In this document: positions 48,030 to 60,308 of the stretch, piece after piece | How the letters are laid out: each line of letters opens with the position of its first letter | Numbering within the stretch: position 1 is the stretch's first letter | NCBI RefSeq assembly: GCF_000143415.4 | Contig: NW_003314313.1 | Span: 425,759-489,626 of the forward strand | Source of the DNA: Selaginella moellendorffii | Taxonomy: Eukaryota > Plantae > Lycopodiophyta | DNA length: 63,868 nucleotides | Reading direction: 5' to 3' | Notes under the pieces: generated by a model | What the model saw: only the letters and a program-made list of their open reading frames with translations | Databases searched by the model: none | What the model was told of the DNA's origin: nothing | Program-made: the position numbers and the translations under genes

Positions 48030-51000
48030 ATCGGCTCAGATCAATCGACTCAAGCTCCAAACGTAGCCGAATCTGCGCAGGTAACGAAGATCGATTTTCT
48101 ATCAATTAATGTAGCTGGAAAATCTTAGCTATCAGACATTTCTATTCGAGAAAATTGCTTGCCTGGAAGCTTGTGAAAACCTACACACTACTGGGCTTCT
48201 ATCAGATAAATTGCATCCAGTTCCTGCTACTAGGATCTCCAATACTGCCTCAATGACTTCAGGTGTGTTGAATCCACTAACGTTTTCTTGAAGTAATCAC
48301 GTTATATTAGATGGATATGTACGAGACCATCATACCTGATGTTTTCCAAGGACTGGTTTCTGAAAATCTGACCTTCCACACCTACGTACTTTCTTTTAGC
48401 GCCAGTGACGACAGGTTCTCCTATCGTAACTTTGCGCTGTTCTTGCCATCAAAGTTGGATGCCTCCCTCAAAAATGGAAGCTTCGAACTGGATTTGGGAC
48501 GTGGAAGAAATGCTGTGGTTCGGCTTGGCTCGATGCAAAATATCAGCTTAGACAGTGATAAGGTAAGGATTTTGTCGCTTTTGTGGATAATGTTTTGACT
48601 TATGCTCTGCTTTTCAAGGTTGCTGCCGGAAATCAGTTCTACGAGAAACTTTTTTCTACTTTATGGCGACGACGGCTACCTCCAATCCATCTCCAGCCAT
48701 ACTTACTTCTGCCACTGCTTCCTGGCAAGATAAATGTTTTGGATGTGGACTGGAAATGCGTTCAGTCTCTCACACCTCCATCAATAGTCTCAGACAACGA
48801 TGACGAAAGTGTTCTACATTTTGCAAATTATTCATTGCGAGCTACAGATATCAAAGCAGGACTGATTCTTACAAAGCACACCAGGAAACCGTTATTTTAT
48901 TCTCATCTGGGTGTTCTCGAAGAAATGACGGCGCAGAGCTCGTTTTTCAATCACAACTATAATACGTATTCCGACTACTTTCTGGAAGTGTAAGACTTGT
49001 TAGTTTCTTCTTCGCTCTGATTGGAACACGCGACTTACAGACATAATGTCAAACTGCAATATCCAGCCCAACCACTTCTAAAAGTGAGCAACTTGCCTGG
49101 CAATGTGCACAACTATTTACTGCCCCGTTCAACAGACTTGTCAAGCGCGTCGAATGGCATATCGACTAACAAGCTGCCACCCGAACTTTGCATTCTCTTA
49201 CAACCAGAAGTTGACTGCTCCATTGTGGTGTCTGTGATGGTCCTGCCTTCAGTCATCTACCGGCTACAATGTCTAAGTACTGCTGCGCAGCTGACGAAAC
49301 TCGTGGGCATCCACATATCTACAACCACGGTAAAAAGTTCGTTTTATTATTTTCATTGTTTGTTTGTTTGTTTGTTTGTTTTTCTTTTTTCCCTGCAGAT
49401 GTTGATGGCACTGACTTCTGCAAGCTGTAATGAAGGCTTTTCTCTCGAGAGACTCGAGCTTTTAGGCGATGCATTCCTCAAATTTGCACTGAGCTTGCAC
49501 TTGGTCTCTGAATATCCGGAACAACAAGAAGGCTTTCTTAGTCAAAATCGTCAAGAGCAGATCTCTAACAGCAATTTGCACAGGCTTGGTGTACAAACAG
49601 GATTGGTGGTAAGCATGCAATAATATGTTTCTAGTCTCTTAAACAGAACTTACAGACGTACATCAGAGACGGGCAGTTTGAGCCAAAGGATTGGATTGCA
49701 CCGGTCCCTTGCTCTTCTTTGGTCAGTCACGAAAAGATTATAGGACGGAAGTTATGTGACAAAGGTCATCGTTGGCTGCGAAGAAAATCGGTTGCAGATG
49801 TAATGGAGGCCATCATCGGTGCATACATTACTGACAACTCCGCTGATGCTGTCTATCACTTCATGACCTGGGCAGGATTTAAGCTGGTTGACAGGTGTTT
49901 AGTACCTGTATTCTCATGCCAAGCTTCTGAAGTTGACGATATCTGCAATCTAGAAAAGATAATCGGCTATACCTTTCGGAACAAATGCTTCCTTGTTGAA
50001 GCGTTCACTCATGCTTCTTCCAGCGTTCGATCATATCAGGTAGACGAGTAAGTTTTGGAGCTGGACTAACACTGGTTAGTTGTCAGCGGCTGGAGTATTT
50101 AGGCGATGCTGTCCTGGATTACCTTATCGTTCTTCATCTTTATGCGAGCTATCCCAACTTGCAACCGGGACTTCTCAGTGATCTCAAGGCTGCTACAGTA
50201 AACAACGTTTGGTTCGCTTTCGTTGCTGTGCGCCACAACTTTCACAAGTATCTGCGTCACAACCATAAGAAAGAGATTGACGAGTATCTTCTGAACAAAA
50301 ATGTGCAATGTTTCGAGGACTGGCAGCTTGAGCAACCGCCAAAGGTCAGTCTCTGAGCTTTTAAAGTTTGTCCTCCTCCTGACGCTTGTCTCTTTTTCTT
50401 TTGCAGTGTCTCAGTGATTTAGTGGAATCTCTCGCGGGAGCTTATACGGGAGTCTGGAACTAGGGTGGAGCATATTGGAGCCGCTTCTGCGCCCGATTGC
50501 CAGTCCCGAGAGCTTGGCACTTCACCCAGTCCGAGAGCTTCAGGAGCTATGCCAGCTGAAAGAAATTTCAGCTCCAAGCTACAACGTTAGAAGTTGCTCG
50601 GTGACATTGGCAAACAGACGCTTTGTGAGAGGACAAGGCTCCGGAGGAGCAAACAAAAGGCTTCTCAAGAAGCAGTCTTCTGCCGATGCCTTGGAAAAAC
50701 TGAAGGTAATAACAAGTTATGCTCCGAAATTGTTACAGTTTTTCTTTTATATTCAGGCTTTGGGATTTCAACACCCACGGCACGAACTCCTTCTTGTTAT
50801 TCGGGCCGAGACACACATAAAGGTCATCATAAACAACGGTTTGAAGTTCAGTGTTCCCGTCGTTACACAGTGCATGGAATCGGAGCTTGCATCCTTCGTA
50901 CCACCAATGTCGAGCTCGAGTTCTTCCGCAGAATGAGATCTATCTTGGCAGGAAAGTCTTGCTGCAGTCCATGACTTGCCTTCCGATTTAGAACTTGGCG

Positions 51001-51765
51001 ACACTGAAGACGAGTCAGATGTTCTACCAGCATCACTTGCGGAAGACTTTGGTCTCGACGATACAACCAGTAGGCAGAGAATTTGAAGCTCTGCTCATGG
51101 AGCTCCAACAACAAAAGAATCATTGCCACCTTCTGGAAAGCCAGCAAAGTACTGCAAATTCATGTGCTTGATGGTGTGAATTCCAGGTAAAGAATGCTCC
51201 ATAAGAAATCATAGAGTCTTTGGAAACAGGTACCGGGCAATATGTAAATGTGTCCCAGCTTGGAGAATGCTTTCCAGGAGCTATTGAAGGAACAAGGGTG
51301 ATTGTTCTGTTTTCGTTGTATGAATATAATTTGTTAAAAAAATGCTACAACGTTTTAAGCATAATTGGAAGGGAAGCCAACACACAGTGAAGCAAGGTAT
51401 GCAACCAAATTATGGATGTGAAGAAAACACCAGAAAGCAAAGTTTTTACCGCGTCTAGCAGGAGGAACAGTAGAGGAAGGTGTAGCACTGCAAAGTTGAT
51501 CGACTGGTGGTAACACTGATATGTTGGCAAACTCAGAAAGCACGGTGGATTGCTTAAGACGGTGGTCGGATCCCGAGTACATTATTTGCGAGGAGAGTGG
51601 TCCTCCTCACATGAAACAGTAAGAAAAGAAGAGAGTGAAGACTCTACTGATCGATGCTGTGGCAATCAGTCTTTCAATCGATGGACCCGTGAGTGTAGAG
51701 CCCCAGCGAGACGTGAAGCGAGCCAAAGACTCGGCATCCAACGCCGCCATCGCTTATTTGAAGAA
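48030..51765 (+). pseudogene. Helicase-less Dicer-like pseudogene (unit 3)
   Basis: Same helicase deletion as unit 2; 13-nt frameshifting deletion at ~50443 in RNase IIIb; premature TGA at 50934-50936; inverted segment ~51070-51555; deleted last exon. Confidence 0.88.
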
Positions 51766-52075
51766 GGTTCTCTTGTGGTGACGTCGATAAGCAAAGGTAA
51801 GCTTTTTATTTTTCCTTAATGAGCAATGGCATTGCAAACACGAAGACGCTGCTCTAAAACTCTCTTCTTTTGTTGGATCGAGTAAAGCCGTGCGCTTCCA
51901 ATGGAAGTGCTTGGGATCCAAGTCGGGCTTGTTGTCAGTGTGCTTCTCAAGCGTCACTGGAAGGTGAGAAGAAAATACTTCTAGAGGACTATAGAGTTAC
52001 GTGTGGCTTGATACTAACTTTCATTGTAATCCATTGACAATAGTTTGATCTTGGTTTTAGGGTTTTTCGTGAGCA

Positions 52076-53824
52076 ATGGCGTGCATTGAGGTAGCGCCAG
52101 CCGCGGCGCGCGATCCATTCTCTTGCAAACACGATGGCGCCGCTGCTGTTTCTACAAATCTTCTTCCCCTGCCTCCGGAATTCGTCGATTTTCTTCTCGG
52201 GCAGAATGTGGATCCTCGCGTCTACCTCGCGGCTCAAACACTGCCGCGTTACTTCAGGTACTAGAACTCGGGATTCCTTTTCTTTGTTTGATTGGATTGC
52301 CAGAGTAAAGCCGAGTGCCACCAATGCTGCTGGGGAGTTAGCGAAAGAACTTGGGATCAAAGTCGAGCCTGTTTCATGGCTACCCGGTTTTTTCCGGTGT
52401 TCTTCCCAAGCGTCACTGGCATCATCCAGTGCCTACAAGTCTGGAAAGGTGAGAAAAAAAAAAAACGAAACTTTCGAGAACTGCCTGGCTGATCTTTTCC
52501 TTGTTTGTTTGTGTTGCATTTCCTTCTGGACAGATTTACGGTATGGATGCGGCCTCCGGGGCTGCTGTTGCAGCACTTGATATACAATCCGGTGATCACG
52601 TCCTCGACGTCTGCGCAGCTCCTGGTAAGCGAAGCGTTCATTGCAATTCATGAGAGTTTCACGTTTTTTTTCAACGTGTAGGAGCGAAACTATGCATGAT
52701 GGCGGAGGTTTTGGGTGTGGGGGCTGGAACACTGACCGGAGTTGATATTTCTCGCCATCGCCTTGCAGCTTGTCGGACCATGCTCCAAAAGTACGAGCTC
52801 GGTAACCGGGCGAGGCTTTTCCTTGCCGACGGGGCTACGTTCTCCATCCTCCCAGTAAAAGAAGCACCGCAATCCAACGCAAGCGTCCTTGAGAGACAAT
52901 CACGTAAGTATTAGCTCCTGTTTTTCTTTCCGGTGAAGCTTTTTGCTTGCATCTTCAGACCAGTCCTGTTCTTATCTCTTGAAGGACGGGTTACTCGCTG
53001 ATTGGAGACCGCCTAAATCGAAAAGGGAGAAGCGAGACGACCAGCGAGCCGTCTCTAAAGAACAGGCGAATGGTCCCGAGCTCTTTTATTACGGCTGTGA
53101 CTCTGGGATTGTAGGAAGAGAAATGCGGAGTGTCCTTGCACAGGGCACGGCTGATGCCGCTCTAGTCGATGGCTATGACAAGGTATGCAAAAGGCTCGCT
53201 TTTCCGCTGGTTACGAATGCTTGGCATTTGTTTTTTCCACAGGTGCTCGTGGATGCCGAGTGTACTCACGATGGCTCGCTGAAGCACATCTGCAAGTTTG
53301 AGCAGTGGGGATGGGAAACCTTCGAGAAACGGTTTTTCAACTCGGAACGCATTTCTACAATCACTAATCTTCAGGTATGGAGTCATCTAGTTTTGGTGTT
53401 GCTGGTCCTTGACATCTTGGAACCGTAGCTCCGGCTCTTGAGCAACGGATTCAGACTGTTGAAGCAGGGCGGGACACTCGTTTACAGCACTTGCAGGTTT
53501 GCTTTTTCAGTTCCTTTCCTTCACGGATTGTAAAGTCTTTGATCCTCAGTTTCACTTATGATCAAAACGAGGGAGTGCTTAAGCAGTTTCTTGCAGCACA
53601 TCCTGATGCGGGTAAGCACTTCTACGCACTTCTTTGCTTCCTTTCTCTTGTGATTTGACACTGGGTTATCTGTTGCAGAGGTGAGAGAGATCAAGTCTGC
53701 CAAGTCCTGGCCATGCACAATGACCGGCTTGTGCTTGCGCTTTGATCCGCTCGTTTCCAACACCAACGGCCAGTTTGTCGCTAAAATCACCAAGGAACGA
53801 ATGCCATACGAGCAAATCTTATAA
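52076..53824 (+). CDS. NOL1/NOP2/Sun (RsmB/NSUN-type) RNA cytosine-C5 methyltransferase, intact copy
   Basis: Spliced motifs IYGMDAASGAAV, VLDVCAAPGAK (motif I), YDKVLVDAECTHDGS (IV), GTLVYSTCS (VI), GQFVAKITK. Confidence 0.88.
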
Positions 53825-54035
53825 TCAGAACCTCGCAACTCTCCAACTTCACGAGACTCCCAAGGTTCTATCGTTCAGGCTTTGGTTTTTAGCGCAATTC
53901 TCACCATTGGATGTTTGTAGCGTCAGGACTCTTCTAAGAAAAAGGTTGATGTTTGATTGGAAGAATAGTTTTATCCATTGCTAATACAAAGTCAGCTTTC
54001 ATATAATTGTGTGTGGAAGTCACGGTTTCACAATG

Positions 54036-55473
54036 TCAGGGTGGTGTGTTCTCGTCGTTTGCATTTCCACAAGCTTTTCTGGTCGATTTGGGAGTAGGAG
54101 ACACCTTACAGCTCTCTGCAATACAAGACACAAAGCAATGAATCGGAAACTTAGTGTGACAAGTTTAAGCACCTTGATCGTCCTCCACGCATATGATCTC
54201 CGCCACGAATCCACTATCTGATTCGGCAATCTCGAGCCCGTTGTGATCACTGCTGAAAGAAATGTGTAAGCCCGGAGAGACAAAACCATCAAAAAAGCTC
54301 GACGCAAGTACCTGTCACGAGTTGAAGATGGCGAGCTTATCTCTTGGATCATGTCCTCGGCCATCATCGAGTTCATAAGCTCCGAGAAGGACGTTCCATC
54401 CAGGGAAGTTCCCAATATGTCGTCAATGGAGGACAGCGGCTCCGTCGTGAAGAAATCTTCACAAAGAATGTCCACAGGTAGGCCGGATGATCTCTCCAGT
54501 GCTTTCTCCTTCTCGTTGGCACCAGTTTTGGTATCGCCAGCTGCGTGGCGGAGAGGCTCGCTGGAGGTGGTGAAGTCCAGAGACTTGCAGTTCCTTGTCG
54601 TTGGCTTCACTTGTTGTCTCTTGCTGCGTGCTTTCGATGGCTCACAGCTTGTAGGCCGAGCTGTTGATGGTGTTAGAAACTCCGAGGGTGCTACTTGAAA
54701 GCTCCCGGAGCCTATTGGCAGCCCAAACTGCTGTGGAGTCTGTGGATCGATCGGAGCTGGCCTGGAAGGAGTGAATGGAGCAGGCTTGGCATCTCTGGTC
54801 GGAAGCACTGCATGCGAAGTTTCAACACGAGAAACAAAAGGAGAGTTTCGTTACCAGGACAGTGACGAATTCTCTTGGTCCCTATCGCGGTGTTTGTGAT
54901 GTCAAGCATGGGCGCTTCCTGTCCTCGAGGAGAAGTTTTCCTTTTTGGAACGGAATTTACATGGGTGATTGGTGCAGCAGGCGTAGATGGTGGTGGCCCT
55001 GGATGGATGAAGAAGAGATCGTTAGCAGCAAAGAAGGAGAGGATGAAAACTTTACCTGGAGCCAAGGAAGTAAGAGCCCTGGATTTCTCATACGAAGCCA
55101 CCATCTCCTTAACGCTGGCTACAAAACTCTCGAGCTTCAATCTCTCCGACTGGACGGACAGAGCTTGCTCTTTGAGCGCAATGTAGTCGTTTAGAATGTC
55201 ACTCAGGCTCATCATTTTCATGGGCGCCTCCTGATAGAACACAATGCCGGTGAAAATCGAGAAGAAAATCCCCAGATCCGCAAGAGCAAGGAAACCCACC
55301 GTTTTGCACGGCGCAAGCACCGACGCTGCCTCGGTCCGGAACTCGCGAAGCGTCTTCGCGTAGCTCCGATCTTTGAGGTAGCAGTCGACGAGAAATGCGA
55401 TTTGTACCTCCGTGACGCCTCCTGTGCCGAGTCTGGGATCGCATCCCGCGCTCTTCCGCCGCGGCTTCGTCAT
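54036..55473 (-). CDS. LisH-like N-terminal domain protein with coiled coil and disordered C-terminus
   Basis: MTKPRRK...GVTEVQIAFLVDCYLKDRSYAKTLREFRTEA (LisH-like), MSLSDILNDYIALKEQ; multi-exon; ends ...NDENTPP*. Confidence 0.75.
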
Positions 55474-55701
55474 CGCTAGCGCCGGACGCGAGCGGGAGCT
55501 GGAGGATCTAGCCCTAGAGCGCAATGGCGCTTGGTAGAACCAAGCGCGCGAGAGAGGAGTGAGAGACCCTAGCTTCTCGTGGAAGCGCCCTATTCCATCA
55601 ATGCTTTCAAACTTACCAATGAGAATTTGGCGCGCAATGCCAGCACAGGGGATTTTAGGGTTTATGGCGATTTAGGGTTAGTCAATTCTTGCGGAGGAGA
55701 A

Positions 55702-56340
55702 ATGGCGACGACGCTGGTGTCGGCGGCGTCGGCAGCGGCGTCGGCGCTGCCACTTGCGTCTCGAAATGTGGCGGCGCCGTCCACTTCGATGCCGTCGCTG
55801 GTGTGGGTGTGCGCTCCAGGTGAGTGATTCTCGAGAAATCTATCCGTCGGGTCTCAGCTCTTCGGAATTTCTCACAGGAAGAGGCTTGTTTTGTCCCTGC
55901 TCGAGATGGAAATCCGGGTAAGCCAGCTTGGTGCCTCCAATCTCTCGAATTTCTGGAGCTTAGCTCTCTTTCTTGTTCTCCAGGCCGCCTCGGGCTTCCA
56001 GATCACGGTGTGAAATTCGGTCTATGGCACCCGACGAAGAGAAAATGACAAAGAGGTCGCCTCTAGATTTCCCAATTGTAAGTCAGGATTCTCTGGCGAG
56101 TTCTCGTTCTAGCGAGCGAAGATTTCTCACTGGATTGCTCAACAGGAATGGGATCGACCAGCTCCTGGCCGGAGACCCGATATCTTCCCGCAATTCAGTC
56201 CCATGAAAGCTCCATTGCCACCGCCGCTACCTTGCGATCCTCCGGAGGAAGACGAGGACGAGGAAGAAGAGAAAGAGGAGGAAGAAGAAGAAGAGAAGAA
56301 GGAGAAGCCCGAGAAAGAGCCCGAGAAACCAAAGGAATAG
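55702..56340 (+). CDS. Small putative plastid-targeted protein with Pro-rich core and acidic tail
   Basis: Ala/Ser-rich transit-peptide-like start, then MAPDEEKMTKRSPLDFPI|EWDRPAPGRRPDIFPQFSPMK...DPPEEDEDEEEE; three short introns. Confidence 0.75.
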
Positions 56341-56422
56341 AAGAGAGAATACGCCATTTTGTATCAAATAATATACCATACTATAAATTAGGGTTCTTGA
56401 GGTTTTGGTTAGGGCTTTGGCT

Positions 56423-57411
56423 ATGGCGGACGATACTGTCGTCCAAGACGCTAGCGTTGGTCAGGGCGATCGCGACGACGACAAGAGTGGAGTGATATTC
56501 GTTCTCGAGCGCGCGTCGCTGGAGACCGCCAAGGTCGGCAAGGTATGGAGGGGATAATTTCGGCCGCATTGTCGAGTGGAAGTGCTTGATTTCTTTCTCA
56601 TTCTCGACGCAGACTTATCAGCTGCTCAATTGCGACGATCACGCGAATTTTCTGAGGAAGCACAAGCGCGATCCAGCGTTATATCGTCCCGATATCTTGC
56701 ATCAGGTAGCACGACCTTGGGGATTTTTGTGAGAGTTTCACTTGTTTTGTGGTTCTGGAACAGGCCCTTCTAGCGATCCTCGACAGTCCACTCAACAAAG
56801 CTGGGCGATTGAAAGCTCTCTATGTCAAGACTGAGAACAATGTCCTCATCCAAGTGAATCCTCACATTCGTCTTCCTCGAACGTTTAAACGCTTTTGTGG
56901 ACTCATGGGTAAAGTTCTATCTTTCATCCAAAGCTTAGCTTTGTTTTACTGGTTTTTCGCGTTTTCCAGCACAGTTGCTTCAAAAGCTAAGTATTCGTGC
57001 TACGAATGGGCCTGATAAACTCCTGCGAGTTGTAAAACAGCCAGTCACTCGACACCTCCCGGCTGGAGTTCGTCGAATCGGTACGCGGACGTGAAAAACT
57101 TTTGAGACGTGATACAAATTCTCTTCCGTCGCAGGACTATCTTACAAAGCACCGAAAGTCGTGCAACTAAGAGACTACGTCGCAGCCTCTGGACCCGAAG
57201 AAACTCTAGTTTTTGTAGTGGGAGCCATGGCTCATGGAAAAATCGAGGCCGATTACATTGACGATCTAGTCGCAGGTAAAGAGCTTAAAAAATCTTTCTT
57301 TTCCTTTCATTACAAGCATGAAACTGTGCAGTGTCAGAGTATCCTTTGAGTGCAGCGTGCTGCATAGGACGGATTTGTAATGCTTTAGAACAACACTGGC
57401 AGATTATATGA
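56423..57411 (+). CDS. EMG1: 18S rRNA pseudouridine-N1 methyltransferase EMG1/NEP1 (SPOUT family)
   Basis: VIFVLERASLE, LLNCDDH, RPDILHQALLAILDSPLNKAG, RLPRTFKRFCGLM, VVGAMAHG, YPLSAACCIGRIC. Confidence 0.95.
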
Positions 57412-57461
57412 AAATCAGACCCTTTGCTCGCGAAGAAAAATCCCACACGAAGAACTTCCCA

Positions 57462-58643
57462 TCACTGCTTGGTTAGATCCAATGAAAGCAGCGGCAACGC
57501 CATTATACTACACAAGAGAGCTAACAGAATTGCCCCGAGCCAACCTGGGAACATGAAATGCCTGTTGTGATCCTTGTTGCGTCGATTCTCTGCCACTGTG
57601 TTTTCCGGCTCGCCGGGCTTGTTGACGGGCTGTTGCTCTGATTTTTGCTCGCAAAGCGTCTGCATCTCGGCCTGTTTTTGGATGTACTCTGGAAACATTT
57701 TTCTGAACGTCACACTGCGGAAAAGTAAAAAGAAGTTGATATGCAGAATCTCGACTTTTTCAAAACAAGAACTTTCTTACTTTTGACAATTGAAAGCAAG
57801 CGATGATCGAGCGAGGCGCCGTTTCTCCTCGTCGCTTGTGGTTAAACTTCCAGTCGTGGGAGAATTATCCATCTAAAAGGAAGAAAAAATCGAGTGATTG
57901 TGAAAGAAAACGCCATCGTATTACCATGAAGGACAGCAATCCCGTAAGAATACTGCGACAAAAGGCCACAAATAAATGACAAGTTTTCGTGACAATCTAG
58001 GACAGTACCTTGAAACTGACCACATTGGATTCCAAGTCTCTGGATGAACTGCGAGAAGAACACACAATGAGAGCAAAAACAAGCGCTTGATGCTTACAGT
58101 CACTCATGGACATGCACAGCCTCTTCTGGGTTGCAAAGCGACCATTTGGAGTGATCATACTGCAGGAAAAGAGGTCACAGTGTAGAAGAAAAAAAACAAA
58201 GAGAAAACTTTACCTTATTCCAGGCGGCTTGTAAGGATACTCTGGAGGAAATTTAAGCTTGCCATGGTAGAAACCCCCTGCATTCGTTCGCACAAAGCTT
58301 GAGAATCAAAAGCCCTGAAAGTGTGAGAGGCTTATTCTATTTGCTTACCTTCGAATGGAGTCCCTTGACTACCCTCGAGCACATAATCTGCCAGGAAAGA
58401 AAACTTTGGCAGCTGAATCAAACGAAGAACAAAGCGATCCAGCAACGATTATAGAGGAGGAAATACTCACGCCATTCCAGAATGTCGCTCGGCGACGGCT
58501 TGGCGACGACATGCGGCACTGGTTCCTGATCAATCGCGGCACACCATTGCTAACAATGAGATCATCCCGGAGAGCTGGATTCTTACCTTGCACAGCGCCT
58601 TGAATTCGCGCTGTAGGCGCTTCACACAAGCTCTCTCGGCCAT
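57462..58643 (-). CDS. ER tail-anchored E2 ubiquitin-conjugating enzyme (Ubc6/UBE2J2; plant UBC33/34-like)
   Basis: MAERACVKRLQREF, HYVLEGSQGTPFEGG, FPPEYPYKPP, TPNGRF..RLCMSMSDFHPETWNPMW, C-terminal TM helix. Confidence 0.93.
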
Positions 58644-58771
58644 TTTACCCACGAACCCTAAGTTCTCCGCCACGTCGGCAAAACTTATGTTAAAATATTC
58701 TATCTGCGTTATGGTAACAGAATATGCTTGACAGGCTGGACGTCCGTCTGGAGGTATAGGGTTTATAGAGA

Positions 58772-59629
58772 ATGAGGCCGCCAAGGGGGGGAGGAAGAGA
58801 TGGGGGCTTCCGCGGCGGGGGCCGGCGAGGCGGCGGTGGATTTCGTGGAGGGTTTCGTGGTGGCGCGCGAGGATTTCGAGACGAGGGTCCTCCGGAAGAG
58901 GTTGTGGGTGAGTTTTTCGTGTTTTTCTCCGAGATTGATTGAATCGCGACAATGCCGCAGCGATCTCGACGTTCTCGCACGCTTGCGAGGGCGAGGCGGT
59001 GGTGAAGCTCGTCGCGGATGCGAAGATCCCGAAATTCAATGCCGCCATTTTCCTGGAGAACAAGGCGCAGATTGGAAGGGTGGAAGAAATATTTGGCCCC
59101 ATCAATGAGCCCGTAAGTTCTTCGCGCATTTCATTCTGGTCGATCCAAGCATTGGTTTTCTTCCTTTGATCTTTCCAGTTTTTCTCGATTAAGATGCAAG
59201 ACGGCATCGTCGCTACTTCCTATCATCCTGGCGATAAGTTCTACATCGATCCGAGGCAGACGCTAGAACTCACACGATTCACGCAGTAAGTTCTTCGCAT
59301 TCTTCGATCAAATCCATTTTTTCCCCCTTTGATCTCCCCCCGCCTTCCATTTTCATCCATTTCCTTCTTTCGACTTACCGATTTTTTCTTTAGACCACAA
59401 GCTGGTGGCGGCGGCTTTGGTCGCGGCGGAGGTAGAGGCGGCGGTGGAAGAGGTAAATATTAACTATGATTGTAAAATCTCTTCTACATTGACAATTTTT
59501 TACCAAGGCCGCGGGCGTGGAGGAGGATTCCGTGGCGGAAGAAATGGCGGCGGCGGCGGATTCCGTGGCGGAAGAAGCAGCGGTGGTGGTGGATTCCGGG
59601 GACGTGCCAGAGGTCGTGGAAGATTCTAA
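58772..59629 (+). CDS. GAR1: H/ACA snoRNP subunit GAR1
   Basis: RGG/FRGG-rich termini; core [49 protein letters not shown]. Confidence 0.95.
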
Positions 59630-59736
59630 CCACAAGCTCTCTTTAGATACTCCTTTGTGAAATTTTCTCTCTTTGCTAACACGAGAGCTTCTCGAGATGG
59701 TTTTTAGGAGGGAGGTTTTAGGTCGAAATATTTTGG

Positions 59737-60054
59737 ATGAGCAGTGACGCGGGATCCTCGATCGACGCGGCGGTGAGCCGCAAATGCGGCGCCAAAATCC
59801 AGGCGCTGGAGCGCTGCAATGCGCGGTATCGATCGGAGCCGGAGCGCAGCCTGGTGTGCGGCCATCTCAACAAGCTCGCGGCGATGTGCCTGGTGGAGAT
59901 CGTTTGCCCCGAGCAGGTTGAGGCCGTCAAGATCTACTGCACGGGCGCTGGAACAGCGCGGGTGAGGAACTCGTGCCGGATCGCCAAGGAAAATCTCACC
60001 ATTTGCTTGGATTATCGGCAAGACGACACTAGCAGCGGCAACGGGATCAATTAA
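59737..60054 (+). CDS. Small CHCH/Cx9C protein, probably mitochondrial intermembrane space
   Basis: Single exon, 105 aa, with Cx9C, Cx9C, Cx10C and Cx9C pairs. Confidence 0.75.
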   Translation: MSSDAGSSIDAAVSRKCGAKIQALERCNARYRSEPERSLVCGHLNKLAAMCLVEIVCPEQVEAVKIYCTGAGTARVRNSCRIAKENLTICLDYRQDDTSSGNGIN

Positions 60055-60308
60055 TTCCTTTTCCAGGCAGAGAATATCTTCTTCGTCCTTCCACTTTAAC
60101 CGTGGCACTGGCTCTGCCTAGGGTTTCCATTCTTTCTCTCGATCTCTCTCTCTCGGCCACTGCAGCTTGCTGCGAGTCACCAAGATAGCAATGGATTATG
60201 CGCTTCTTGGATCGGCATTCTAGGATTTCTCTAAGGAGGCTTGGCGGCTGGGGATTTCGATCTCGCATCGGCCAAGTACCAGCAGCGAGCAGGAGCTTCG
60301 TGGTGACA

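Noticed and set aside
49355-49382. (TTTG)n microsatellite
   Set aside because: Ordinary intronic slippage in a pseudogene.
298-59629. ARD linked with methyltransferases as a SAM-recycling cluster
   Set aside because: ARD is a pseudogene more than 50 kb from the intact methyltransferases; no support beyond coincidence.
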